From positions 97,836,001 through 97,900,000 of the forward strand of contig OZ024741.1 of the NCBI GenBank assembly GCA_964016885.1: a stretch of 64,000 nucleotides of DNA, in the 5' to 3' direction. A program made the translations under genes and the position numbers. The notes below the pieces were generated by a model. The model had not been told where the DNA came from. It made no database searches and worked only from the letters and a program-made list of their open reading frames with translations. Source of the stretch: Eledone cirrhosa (Eukaryota). Below, piece after piece: positions 14,543 to 27,183 of this stretch (positions are counted from its first letter, which is position 1; every line of letters starts with the position of its first letter).

Positions 14543-14995
14543 ACGGGTAATATAATGTAGCTTATTATATAATACATATCTCATCAGGATCTCCCCAACT
14601 TCCACCAAGGCAAATTAATAAAATATAGCGTCTAGTCTTTAGGATAATGTCATACCCATGTATAGTAATATCTCATTGAAAACCTTTTGCAATGGTGTTT
14701 GGTGGGTGACAGTGCCTTGTACTTGGTAACTCAAGAACTGTTGACCACTGTAAAACATCCTAAAAATGGCTACAACAATTACAACTCTAAATACTTGCAT
14801 GTAAGCAGCAACATAAAACAGCAATAATCTACAACATCGATGAAATCTTGAGAAGGTAAAACAAACTGAATTATAAAATGTATAAACGTATTTCTTTTAT
14901 CATATTTAACTACACATCTATGTATATTAGTGGAATGAACATATTAAATACATATACATAGACACACACGCCCACGCACACAAACGTGTCTATAC

Positions 14996-15107
<112 letters not shown>

Positions 15108-15685
15108 CTGTGTGTGTATCTCTGTCTGTGTCTGTGTTTGGTTGTGCATTTATGAATGTACGTGTGTATATATAGTCATTGATTTTCGTTGAGTAAAATC
15201 TATATGAAACGGTACTCTTCGTATTAGGCAGAATTTAAATATCTTTTCAGATCTTTATAAACATTGATATCACTGAAATTGTTTCATTTAATTTATCATT
15301 ATCACTATACTGTAAAGAGGCACACATATAGAAATTTTACCGCCGATCGCATACACACACACATAACAAACAAACACATTCGCACACATACACACCCACA
15401 AAGACGCCCACACACGCAAACACACACACACACACACGCACATAATCACGCCCACACACACACGCACATACACACACACACACACACACATATGTATATA
15501 TATACGAACATGCTTAAGTCACTGCTGTGTTAAGGAAATATAATATATATTGAGGTGGAGATGTGTTTTAATACAAACTAATCTATATATGATATGGAAT
15601 AGTAATTTAATCTACTTGGATATCTGCCAAAGTACTGAAGAAAACACGGTATATGTGAAGAAAAAACGGAGAAGTTACGAAGCTA

Positions 15686-15742
<57 letters not shown>

Positions 15743-15771
15743 CATACATATATATGTATATATATGTATGC

Positions 15772-15827
<56 letters not shown>

Positions 15828-15835
15828 ATGTATGC

Positions 15836-15878
<43 letters not shown>

Positions 15879-15897
15879 TATATGTATGTATGCAGGT

Positions 15898-16019
<122 letters not shown>

Positions 16020-16680
16020 CACTTTATTTTCTATTCCTTGAATGTGGATACTGCTAAAGTCATTATATTAGATATTATAGAGATTAAAATGAGACATTGT
16101 AATAACCGTAAAATTTGGTTCCTGATAATAATTCACTGAAAGACTCAAACTAATAGACTTCATACTTATGGTTTGAATATTTGAGACCTTTAAATATTCA
16201 GCCTTCTTAACAGAATGGGTGAGTTGATAATGGCAAATAGTATCTTGTATACATTGATAATAACGTGCCAGTCATTTCCTGGAACGGAAAATTGACATGA
16301 TAAGACTAGTGAATATTACCCAGGAGAGAATATGCGGAAAATAATGGTAAAATACATATGTTAAACAAGGAAATATACAGAATATTATTTTACGAAAGAA
16401 ATTGCAACTATAACGCACTGGTTCAAATGTTACTTTAGAAATATGGTATTTAGGGTTATAATAAACTGTAATTCTATATGTTGGTTATGGTTGTTTATTT
16501 GTCCAAAGGCAATCCTGAGCGAGCCACTCAATCTATAATCAAAGGCCTTCGAGAAATGATGCACCGTCTTTGTTTTCATGTATAACTTAATGTCTAGGAT
16601 TTGAAATTATTTTTATAAGATCTGGGAAGTGGGTTGTCTTACCAAGTATATAAAACATTATATTTATGTATTAATATGCA

Positions 16681-17646
16681 TCTATATATATAAAACTGAG
16701 GTTGTCTGTATGTCTACTAAAACGGTCGGCACACATCTCCTCTTAAACCGTACGTTCAAATTTCGGTGAAATTGCTACACTTATAGATGAAGGTCCGGCG
16801 GAGACATCGGTCAAAACATTTTTCAAATCGACCCCCGCCAAGTGCAAAAATCGAATTTGTAATGTATTGATTTTTCAGTTCAAATGTATAAATAGATATG
16901 AGAGACGAGTTATTTCCCTTTTAAGGCGTTATTTGTTTATATATTTACGTAACGAATAAACTACGCGTACAAAAATACGCGAACAGTTTTCGGGTCAACA
17001 AAATTTTAACCTGCAAAATTCATCAGTTCGAAGTTATGCTTCCATTTTGCTTCATTTCCATTAAAAAGTCTTTTAAAACAATATTTCAGCGGAACAGCCT
17101 CGCCATCACCCGAGGCAACGCTGCGAATGTGCTGGCTTGCCTCAAAATTCGAGAGGTTGCCCAACCAGTACTCGCGACGTTGCTGTCTTTTGCTCTGGTG
17201 TTGGCTCCGTTGTTCATCCTTTCCTTTGCATTTTCTTTAATATTGTAGCATTGAAGAAATATATCTTTCATTGTATCATTCTTTGTAGTATTACCGAGGC
17301 ATTTGTAATGTTATTTATGTATATATTTAAAACATACGTGTTATGTTATTCTACTGTAAATTTATTTATATGCTCTGTTTATATTTCACTACCCTCAAAA
17401 ATCTATAAAACTGCATACATGTTGGAACTCTCACTATATATATCTATCACACACACACATATACATATACATCTAAAGAGAGAAAGGAGGGAGATGTAGA
17501 GAGAGAGTGAGATAGGTCGTTATACAGAGAGAGGTTCAAGATAATCAGATAGAGAGACAGACAGAGAGAGAGAGAGAGAAAGGCGACGAACGCTGGTTCA
17601 CACACACACACCAACACATATATATATAAAGACAGAGAGAGAGAGA

Positions 17647-17692
<46 letters not shown>

Positions 17693-18964
17693 CGTTCTTT
17701 ATTGTTCTCCATTCTGTAGAGGAAGAGAGAGAGAGGGGGTATGAGTGAGAGAGAGAGAGAAAGAGAGAGAGGGTATGAGAAAAAAGGGAGAGGGGTTGAG
17801 AAAGAAAGAAAGTTTAAGCAAAGAATCGCTGCTTTCAACATTAACGGGATCTTCTTCAACTAATAATTTCAATCTGTGAACGCAGAATTAAATATTTCTA
17901 GAAACGTTGCAACCGAAGGAAAACAGGAAGACGATGTTTTGGTTCGTGAAGACGTTCCCTGGTAATGAACTGAAAAATGCGAGGATAATACGTTGTTATG
18001 TGGACCGAGAAGAACAATTTCATGCAAAGACGAGACCAAGTTTATGGTGTAAATGGAGTCGTTAGACTAACATTCTATTTAAAATAACCGAATGATTTCC
18101 AGCCCCGGAGTTTAAGAATGACGTAAATAAAATTGTAAACGAAAATGACAGAGGTTATTAAAATAGTTGTTTCTACATTTGGCACAAGGCCAGCAATTAA
18201 CCAGTACATTACTGATACTTTATTTTATCGATCCCGTAATGATGAAAGGCAAAGTTAACCTCGACGGGATTTTAAATATGCCTTAAAATAGTCAAAGTAA
18301 ATAGTGAAGATTTAGGCCAGTACATACGTATGCGCCGACGAACATACACATACATATACATACGCACACACAAATACACACGCACACAGTGAGTGTTTGT
18401 GCGTGTGTAATGTTTAATGTGTATCAACCACATAACTTTTACTTTCTTCTACTATCGACGATTAAGAAACAGATCGCATAATCCCTCTCACACACACACA
18501 CACACACACAGACGCGCGCGCGCGTGTGTTTGTGTAAACTTTATGCATTTCTATAGTATTTTCACCAAACTTAAGACATAGCTTATATATGTACTCCGGA
18601 TGGTCATGGGCACTTTCATTTTTCCAGATATTTATTATAGGGCCTCCCGGCAGATAACCTCCTTTAACCACTTCCTTGGAGTCGACTGAAGCACTGCAGT
18701 GCAATGCAACAAAACGTCATAACTTCTGGAGTTCGCAACCGATTTTCACAAAACTTGACACATGGGCTACGTTTGTTCTACAGATGAATGTGAACTCTCA
18801 GAATTGGCACATATTGAGTAGGGGTCCCCTGGGGCAGGAAACCCATTTGGAAAAAGCCGATGATTTTGTAAAAGTATAGTTTTCGAAGCAACACTGAAGT
18901 ATTGACATAAATGGTATACATAACTGGTATTTAATACTCGAGCAACGCCGGTTACCTCTGCTAG
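16681..18964 (+). mobile_element. Non-autonomous Helitron
   Basis: 5' end A|TCTATATATATAAAACTGAGGTTGTCTG. 3' GC-rich imperfect hairpin CTCGAGCAACGCCGGTTAC followed by CTAG|T. Inserted between A and T with no TSD. No Rep/helicase ORF seen; contains microsatellites and a SINE piece (~18165-18275, minus). Confidence 0.75.
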
Positions 18965-19008
18965 TACAATATAAATATATACACGCACGCACACGCATAC
19001 AGACACAT

Positions 19009-19051
<43 letters not shown>

Positions 19052-20468
19052 CACACACATATCTGTATGTGTGAACGTGTGCGAAAATGTGTGTATTATT
19101 CATTCTATAAGCTGTTAGAACAAAACGGGGTTGATATTTCAGATATGACTTATAAGAATTTCCAAAATAACCTGTACACATTGATAACATATGTTAGTTG
19201 TGTTTAAAAGCAATGATCAAAAGTTTACGTCTCTTTACTAAACTATCATCACTGTTTATAATTTAGATTCAGGTGAACATAGAATATTTCTTTTACTTCA
19301 AAGTAAACGGTTCCAACCTGTTACAGGATCCTGTAGAAAGAAAAAAAAAACAAAAAAAAAACAGGGAAGAGTTGTTCTGATGTGTGTCTTTTATTATTCG
19401 GTTAATACAAACATCGACATGGCTGTATACATATACTGTCAAGTGGTTGAAGTGCTACGGCAATCAAACAGGCACATTAAACGTGCGCTCTATTGTAGAG
19501 CTGAAATTAACAAAACACTTCGAATACAATTCAACGCAGGTGGCGATTGAATCTACCCCTCCCTGCAAAATAAAATAAGTTAAATAATAAAATGTAATAA
19601 TCAAAATATAAGAAATTGTGGAAATACAATCTCATCAACTTCTGTGTCAATTGTCTGATAAAAGGTTATAGAAAAATAAGATAGAACCGAGACGGGTAAG
19701 GTTGTTCTGAAAGCGTCAATCAACGCAACATGTTCCCATTGCTGAAATAGATATCGGTTAAATGACGTTTGGCATATTGTGAGTAAAGCTTAAGATGAAG
19801 AAAAATAAACATACTTTCTCTTTTCTCCCGGGAAATGCTAACACCTGCTATATGAAAGCAGGATATTTTATAGATATATTTCATTTCACTTTTTCTCGAC
19901 AGTGAGACAAAATTCAGTCTGGGGATTTTCAGTCAAAAGAACTATTCGTGCGACCATACGTACGACAGTTTACAGAGGACAAAGACGAAAATCAATAAAA
20001 AGAAAAGAAAAGATCAGTAATAGAAATATGTAATTAGGCGATCGATTGCACATACACAGACGTACTCTAAATACATAAAGCAAATTATTAAAAAGAAACA
20101 TTTCAATAAGAATAATCAAATGAGTAACCATGAAAACAACGGAACGGTTATATTAGATCATTTGTGTTTATTTAAATAAATCATGTTATCCTGAAGGAAA
20201 ATGCAAAAGACCTTCGAGAAACTCGGTGAAGCAAGGGATTGAATGAAAAAGAACATATCTCTCTCTCTCCCTCAATCTCTCTCACTCTCTCTCTCCCCCT
20301 ATCTCTCTCTCTTTATATATATATATATATATATATACATACATGTGTATACCGTGTTCAATCGGGGGTAACCCCAGTAAGTAAGATACTCAATAAATAG
20401 CGGAGTATAAATATTTAATATAGGATTGGCTTCTACAGGACTATAACTGGTTATTCGAAGGAAACATA

Positions 20469-20499
<31 letters not shown>

Positions 20500-20590
20500 G
20501 TGGCAGATCGCTCTTCAGCACTACTGGTAACATGTAACCCAATACAACCTGTGCATGGTTGGGTCGTCAGCTACTAAACCAAGAACCATT
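20500..20590 (+). mobile_element. 5' fragment of the RTE-derived short element family
   Basis: CTACTGGTAACATGTA.CCCA.TACAACCTGT..CATGGT.GGGTCGT..GC.ACTAAAC matches the reverse complement of ~54630-54718. It directly follows (TA)n. Confidence 0.75.
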
Positions 20591-21072
20591 CTTAGCTTGC
20601 TTACTTACACAGGAGCGTGAGTTTGGACGATCTGCGAGAAGGAAAATAAAACCCGTCAGAGCATAGAGGATCTGATGTGAGTGAACATCCAACCAATAAA
20701 CTGTTTGTCGTTTTTTTTTTGTTTTTTTATTCGAAGAGAATGTCACTCTGATTTTTTTTGTTCTCAAGGAGAATGTCACTGATTTATAACACATCTGAAA
20801 TTGCATCCAATGATGTAGTCCACTTCTAGATTTTGGGTAAATGCATTATCTCACATTACGTTGCTTGATATGTGACATTTTTTGCGTTGAATGGCATTGC
20901 TGACCAAAGGCAAGTAAATAGCAGGACTAAAAAGCCATGCTCAATTATCAGGCGATCATTATAGGATGAACAGAAGAAACACCATAGTAACAAGACACAC
21001 TAGTCTAAATATAAATGTATATATATATATATAAATATATAAAGAATTAGTATATCTACCAACATATATATC

Positions 21073-21470
21073 AAGATACCTGGCGATGCGCGGACACAGG
21101 GAACTTATACAAAAATATTCAGTGGATGGAAAAGAGCAAGCGGGGACTAAATTCCAAGACACTGAAAAAATCACTGCCTTTTTGTTCGGTGGAAAATTCA
21201 AAAGAAACAATCACGTGACATCGAGGTTAATCAGTGAGGAGTGGTGTGTTAAGAAGACAGTAGCCAAGCTGTTACTATGAACTATAGTAGTAATTTTGGC
21301 AAATTTTTGTGTCCGCACATCGCCAGGTATCTTAGCTGAGAATGACTCCCTGATGAAGAAAATGATCTCCATTTGGAGACTATGTATATTCCCTTTCAGA
21401 AACTAATCAGTTGGAGTGAAATTTAGGTAAGTAAGCTAATTATCATTATTTTCTTATTTCACGTTTTTCA
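21073..21470 (+). repeat. Fold-back element with 26-bp inverted repeat, ending at a long (TA)n
   Basis: 21073-21098 is the reverse complement of 21308-21333 (25/26). A hammerhead-like motif follows immediately downstream. Confidence 0.8.
21345..21417 (+). ncRNA. Type-I hammerhead ribozyme candidate
   Basis: Stem I ACTCC/GGAGT, CTGATGA at 21350-21356, stem II GAAA/TTTC enclosing hairpin TCTCC/GGAGA, GAAA at 21399-21402, stem III ACT-aatc-AGT, cleavage triplet GUU. An extra A on each side of stem II is atypical. Confidence 0.6.
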
Positions 21471-21483
21471 TATATAAATATAT

Positions 21484-21647
<164 letters not shown>

Positions 21648-21669
21648 ATACATATGCATATACATATAC

Positions 21670-21825
<156 letters not shown>

Positions 21826-22371
21826 AATATGGGGAGAAGAATACTGCATGGTTGCACATGGATTACATATTATAAAATTAGTCCCTCATCAGTGATTTGC
21901 CAACGATCATTGGTATTTCATCGCATTAAAAATCATATACCTCACGTTGGTGCGAGCAATAACTAAAATAAGCTATTGGGACAAGTGAAACACGTAAAGC
22001 GAGTGAGACAAGTAAACAACACGAAGGGAAAGCTAACCGAAGATGGGAAGAAAACCAAGCAACATGGTTATTCGATCAGTATAAACTGGGTGAATTCATG
22101 AGCGTGTGGCAAACAGACCTTTCGCTGTGAATGAGATGTGAGAAGGAAGGAAAATCCGACTCCTAGCGAACGGGAGGAAGTAGAGAAGGGTAGAAACAGA
22201 GAGTGAGTGATTGGAAGTGCGAGGAAGAGGTCAGTCGAGAGAAAGTGTTAACTGACAGAGTGGACGAAAGAAAGTAAGAGAAACAGAGCGAACAAGGGAG
22301 CAGTAAGAGAGAAAGAGAGAAACAGAGACTATATATATATATATATATACATACATATATATACATATATA

Positions 22372-22745
22372 TAACCAAGGATTAATATGGTTCGTTGATT
22401 ACTTAATGAATACAATTTTACAATATATTAAAAGCACGCAACAGTGGTTTTCCTGGAGTTTTTAATACTATACAAAATATTAACAAATGAAGGATATTCA
22501 CATAATCAAAATATATAATCAAAATATATATACTGCCAATACTGGAATTGTATAATCAATATATACACTGCCAATACTGGAATTGTATGATCAAGTCTGT
22601 AGCGGTATGTCATATATCGAATCATATATTTTATCTGATGAAGACATACTGAAAAAAACAACACAGTTCCTTTGAAATATATATAATAAAGCATATATTT
22701 TGATTGTGTGAATATCCATCATTTGTTAATATTTTGTATAATATA
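22372..22745. repeat. Fold-back element between TA-rich tracts with 48-bp inverted repeat
   Basis: 22469-22516 is the reverse complement of 22693-22740 with 2 mismatches. Internal ~35-bp tandem duplication at ~22525-22593. Confidence 0.85.
22630..22690 (+). ncRNA. Minimal type-I hammerhead ribozyme candidate
   Basis: Stem I TTTAT/ATAAA, CTGATGA at 22635-22641, imperfect stem II containing ACTG/CAGT, GAAA at 22674-22677, palindromic stem III ATATATAT, triplet AUA. Confidence 0.65.
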
Positions 22746-22755
22746 CATATATATA

Positions 22756-23652
22756 CGAGGTGGGTCAGAAAAGTTCCAGGTCTGATGTCACAAAAGATTT
22801 ATTTCAAACCCAAACTTCACACTAAGAATTTTCTCCTTCAAAGTAACACCCCTGGAGTATGTAACTGTAATCTTAGCGCTCTGCAGCGATCAAACTATTT
22901 TCTTCATAATTTTATATACATGTCCTCTATTTCAGGTCGTCAAGCAATGAGCACAAATCAGCGAACAAACTTGAAATCTCCGTCAGAAGCACTGAGATTG
23001 CTGCAGAAAAGTGTATGGAGATGAGACGATGTCACGCTCACGTGCTTTTGAGTGGTGCAAGAGGTTTAAAGAAGGAAGTGAGGACGTGGAAGATGACCCC
23101 AAGAGCGGAAGGCCCTCAACAAACAGGACTGAGGTCAATGTTGAACGCGTCAGACAGATGTTGCGTAGCGATCGTCGGCTGACTGTTCGACTGATGGCAA
23201 ATGAGCTGGGCATGAATCGGGACAGTATCTGAAAGATTCTCACTGAAGATTTGGACATGCGGAAAATCTGCGAGAAGAGGGTGCCAAAACTGCTGAACGA
23301 TGACCAGACGGGTCGAAGCATGCAAGTGTGCCAAGACATCCTCGAGCGTCTTGAAACCGAACCAGACTTGCTAGGGACAGTCATCACCGGTGATGAGTCA
23401 TGGATCTTCGAGTACGACCCGGAGGGGACCCGTTTTGAAGACGTGGACGACATCAAAAAGGCCGTGACGACGGAACTGCGGAGGATCCCGGAAGAATCCT
23501 ACCAGGAGTGCATGCAAGAGTGGCAGAAAAGGATGGAAAAGTGCATTAGACTCCAGGGGGATTAATTTGAAGGAGAAAACTCTTAGTGTGAAGTTTGGGT
23601 TTGAAATAAATCTTTTGTGACCTCAGTCCTGGAACTTTTGTGACCCACCTCG
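22756..23652 (+). mobile_element. Mariner DNA transposon, internally deleted, transposase pseudogene
   Basis: TA flanks. TIRs at 22756-22858 and 23550-23652. Transposase pieces YGDETMSRSRAFEWCKRFKEG..DDPKSGRP, RVPKLL, VITGDESWIFEYDP and GTRFEDVDDIK..WQKRMEKCI, with a premature stop at ~23230. Confidence 0.95.
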
Positions 23653-23713
23653 TATACATATATATATATATATATATAATATAAGATCAAAAGATGGTTA
23701 AAGGAGTTCCATG

Positions 23714-23784
23714 TATTTTATTATGCGCATTTCAAAAACAAACATCATCATGCAATAATATTTGTGTTTTCTTCAGATAAAACA
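23714..23784 (-). ncRNA. Mirror hammerhead ribozyme in the left palindrome arm
   Basis: Exact reverse complement of 23906-23976. Confidence 0.85.
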
Positions 23785-23905
23785 GGAGAACATGATATGA
23801 AGGCTAAAAAACACTTGTGGATAGTGCAGTTTTAAATCAACATATCATGTTGATTTAAAACTGCACTATCCACAAGTGTTTTTTAGCCTTCATATCATGT
23901 TCTCC

Positions 23906-23976
23906 TGTTTTATCTGAAGAAAACACAAATATTATTGCATGATGATGTTTGTTTTTGAAATGCGCATAATAAAATA
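23906..23976 (+). ncRNA. Minimal type-I hammerhead ribozyme
   Basis: Stem I TTTTAT/ATAAAA, CTGAAGA at 23914-23920, long stem II AAACACAAATATTATT-gcat-GATGATGTTTGTTTTT, GAAA at 23957-23960, palindromic stem III ATGCGCAT, triplet AUA with predicted cut after 23968. Confidence 0.85.
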
Positions 23977-24087
23977 CATGGAACTCCTTTAACCATCTTT
24001 TGATCTTATATTATGCATACTCCAGTCCTACAAACTGTAGAGTGCTTCTTATCCGATATCTGCATTGCTTTATTGTACTACAAAACT

Positions 24088-24840
24088 AAATTTCACTGCT
24101 CATTCTTAGTACCGCTGATACTTAAATGTATGTATACGTACATACATATATGTATACAGACGTACAGTAGTATGTATATATATACATACATGCACACATA
24201 TATATATGTATGTATGGCTTTAGCGATCATTTATTAAAATGTTCGGTTTGTTTGTAAACAAACAGCCCGAATTACCCCGTACAGGGATCGGCAACCATCG
24301 TTGCCCTTTTGTTCAACACTGACACAGGAACGATGTACTAGTTTCAACCTCATTAACTATCGTCAGCATCGTATACCTTCCTGTCAGATGATTGAGCGTT
24401 TGAAAGTATATATTTTCCTTATGCATATTAACGGCTGAGCAGCCTAATTTGCATATCGAGTGACTTAGTCGGCCAGGGTACTGAAAACGATAAATGGAAA
24501 AGAATGAAACGAAATTTCATTTCTCACTCTTAGTACGGCAGATACTTAAATGTAATTATGTATACGTACATACATATATGTATACACACGTACAGTAGTA
24601 TGTATATATATATACATACATGCACACATATATATATGTACGTATGGCTTTACCGAACATTTATTATAATGTTCGGTTTGTTTGTAAACATCCTTACATT
24701 TAAGTATCAGCCGTATTATCAGTGAAAAATGAAATTTCGTTTTATTCTTTTCCATTTCCATATATATATGTGGTCATGTATGTATATATATACATACTAC
24801 TGTACGTCTGTATAGATAATTGTATGTACGTATACATGCT
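24088..24840. repeat. Complex of direct and inverted duplications
   Basis: ~24088-24260 is a direct diverged copy of ~24512-24690. ~24492-24555 is inverted at ~24694-24757. ~24130-24192 is inverted at ~24775-24837. Confidence 0.8.
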
Positions 24841-24932
24841 TACATATATATATATATATACACATATACAGGAATAGTCCAGAAATAGCCGTAGAAACGG
24901 CTTGAGCTCTGTCGTCAGGGTCCAACACGTTC

Positions 24933-24976
<44 letters not shown>

Positions 24977-24979
<3 letters not shown>

Positions 24980-25166
24980 AATTAATAAAAACAATGAATA
25001 GAAACAAAGAACAAAAGTTCCTTATATTTAAAAATTCATCATTTTACGATCGTTTCTAGGATATATATGTGTGTTGGTATGTATATCATATAGATCTATG
25101 TAAAAATATTACAAACTATCAGAGGAAATATACATTCATATTTTTTCATTGTTTTTATTAATTTAT
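24977..25166 (-). repeat. Dispersed TA-associated repeat with 22-bp inverted ends (second copy ~62903-63030)
   Basis: 24977-24998 is the reverse complement of 25145-25166. The first ~125 bp recur at ~62903-63030. The minus strand has GAAA-CGATCG-TA (hammerhead 3' half). Confidence 0.8.
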
Positions 25167-25282
25167 CTTGACTCTGTTTTCCTATGATTTTCATCGAAAA
25201 TTTTTGAATGCAACTTCTCTATTTGGATTACATTGAGTTTTCATACGGATTGGACACTACCGTATATTTTGGTAGATTTGTC

Positions 25283-25315
<33 letters not shown>

Positions 25316-25744
25316 TTATATATATGACATGTTTGGCCTATATACTTTATATACTGTATCTTAGGTAATATATAATCTTGTGCCAATTACAGGCTACTTT
25401 CACTAACAGATATTTAATTGGTGATTAAATCATCAAACGTGTTTTATACTGATACTTATATTTTTGAAAACATAATATCTTAATATTACACGAAATATCT
25501 TGTCATCACCACTTCTTCCACTCATAGTCGGTTTATACGTGAGTTTATGAAGTGGTTTTATGTTATTAGTTTACACGTGCTTCGATTATCATCGGATATA
25601 TATGATGGTTAGTTAGAAATCATTCAGTTTATCAGACATCAATTAAAAGAAGCCTACCAATGTTTACTGTGATACTTAAATATGTTCACATACTAAGCGA
25701 CTAAGAAATATAAACACGTATATATATATATATATATATGTGCA

Positions 25745-25811
<67 letters not shown>

Positions 25812-27030
25812 ATGTGTGTGTGTATGTATATATATGTGTGTACCGTATGTTGTTTGCATATTATAGTCATGCACATTATATGGCATATGCACTAGTCTAA
25901 CAGACTTTCTTTTCACGGTCACTATATTCTCTTCATGATGAAATACGCGTACGTAAATACAGCTATATTTAATGATTTCATCACTTATACAGTTATCATA
26001 TTTCCAAATACATGTAGAAATATATGTGTATTTGTCCACATTTATTTATTGATAAATATTCCTTGGGAAATTATGCACAATGAATGAAGTAATATTCATA
26101 AGTTTTCTCGATATGTTTATGAAAGTAAAATCTTGTGACAGCTAATTGGCTTCTAATCTCTTTAATAACATTTTACGTATGAACATATTGGTGGCATAGT
26201 ATGGTTTTATATATTTGTCACAATATGACACGAAAAACGGGTTTGGAATGTAATGATTTACTTTAGCTCGAATGCATACGCAGCTATCAAATGCTACAGA
26301 GTTTTTCTCCATTCATCGTCGATATGAAGTGCTCTACTGTATTCATCATTAAAGTTATACATCTAGCTGAATTATGTGAAGTTACATGTCTCACATTCTA
26401 CGTTTCGATACTGAGTCTGCTGAGCTTTAAATCAATTTATATATAAAATTAGGAGAGTGAATGATGCTCTTTCTTATCTATTGGTCTAGTCTAGCTATAC
26501 TGCTTGGAGAGAAGGTACTTTTATAATATATTGTAAAATTCACAATTATCAAACTAAAAGCTTATCGGAATTTGATAACGAATTATAATGTACGTCTTTT
26601 ATACTTTAGAAAATATTGGCATGTAAGCAATGCATGTATAAGTTTTTCGTTTATTGGTTGCGTCCCTATTATAAAGAAACGTTTGATTTCAATCTGAGAA
26701 AAAATTATTCTGCATTAAAATTTAAAAATACCCTACAAATCAAAATAGAAATGATTAGAAAAAAAAGTTTCGATGGATTTACAATGTAGATGATAGATGC
26801 CCGAGATGATACAATTCATTACTAGGATAACCTTGATTGTCATGATTGTTTGACAGGCACTAAATGTTGTAGTTTATGGTTGCCGGTAACCACTGTCAAT
26901 AGCAGAAGCATGATCTTAGATTTTAAAGCCATTGCCTAGGTGATGTTTTTGTTGTCACTGAATAACATTTTAACAACTAGAAAATATACATTTAGTCAGT
27001 TGGTATTTAAAAATGTCTCAATATATATGC

Positions 27031-27183
27031 ATGGAAATGCCTTCAAACATTCATCAATTCCGAAATTCAGTTTAAACGTTTAAAATGTTATGTGATGTTC
27101 TACGTCTCTTGTAGAACATCATATAGCATTTTAAACGTTTAAACTGAATATCGGAATTGATGAATGTTTGAAGACATTTCCAT
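27031..27183. repeat. Imperfect palindrome (73-bp arms, 7-bp spacer) between short TA runs
   Basis: 27031-27103 is the reverse complement of 27111-27183 with a few mismatches. Confidence 0.9.

Larger units (their letters stand above)
23676..24014. repeat. Perfect palindrome: 168-bp arms, 3-bp spacer
   Basis: 23676-23843 is the exact reverse complement of 23847-24014. Spacer is ATC; the left arm emerges from (TA)n. Confidence 0.97.

Noticed and set aside
25572-25635. Minus-strand CTGATAA...GAAG-CACGTG-TA
   Set aside because: Both catalytic boxes are mutated and stem I is poor; may be a fossil hammerhead but is not supportable.
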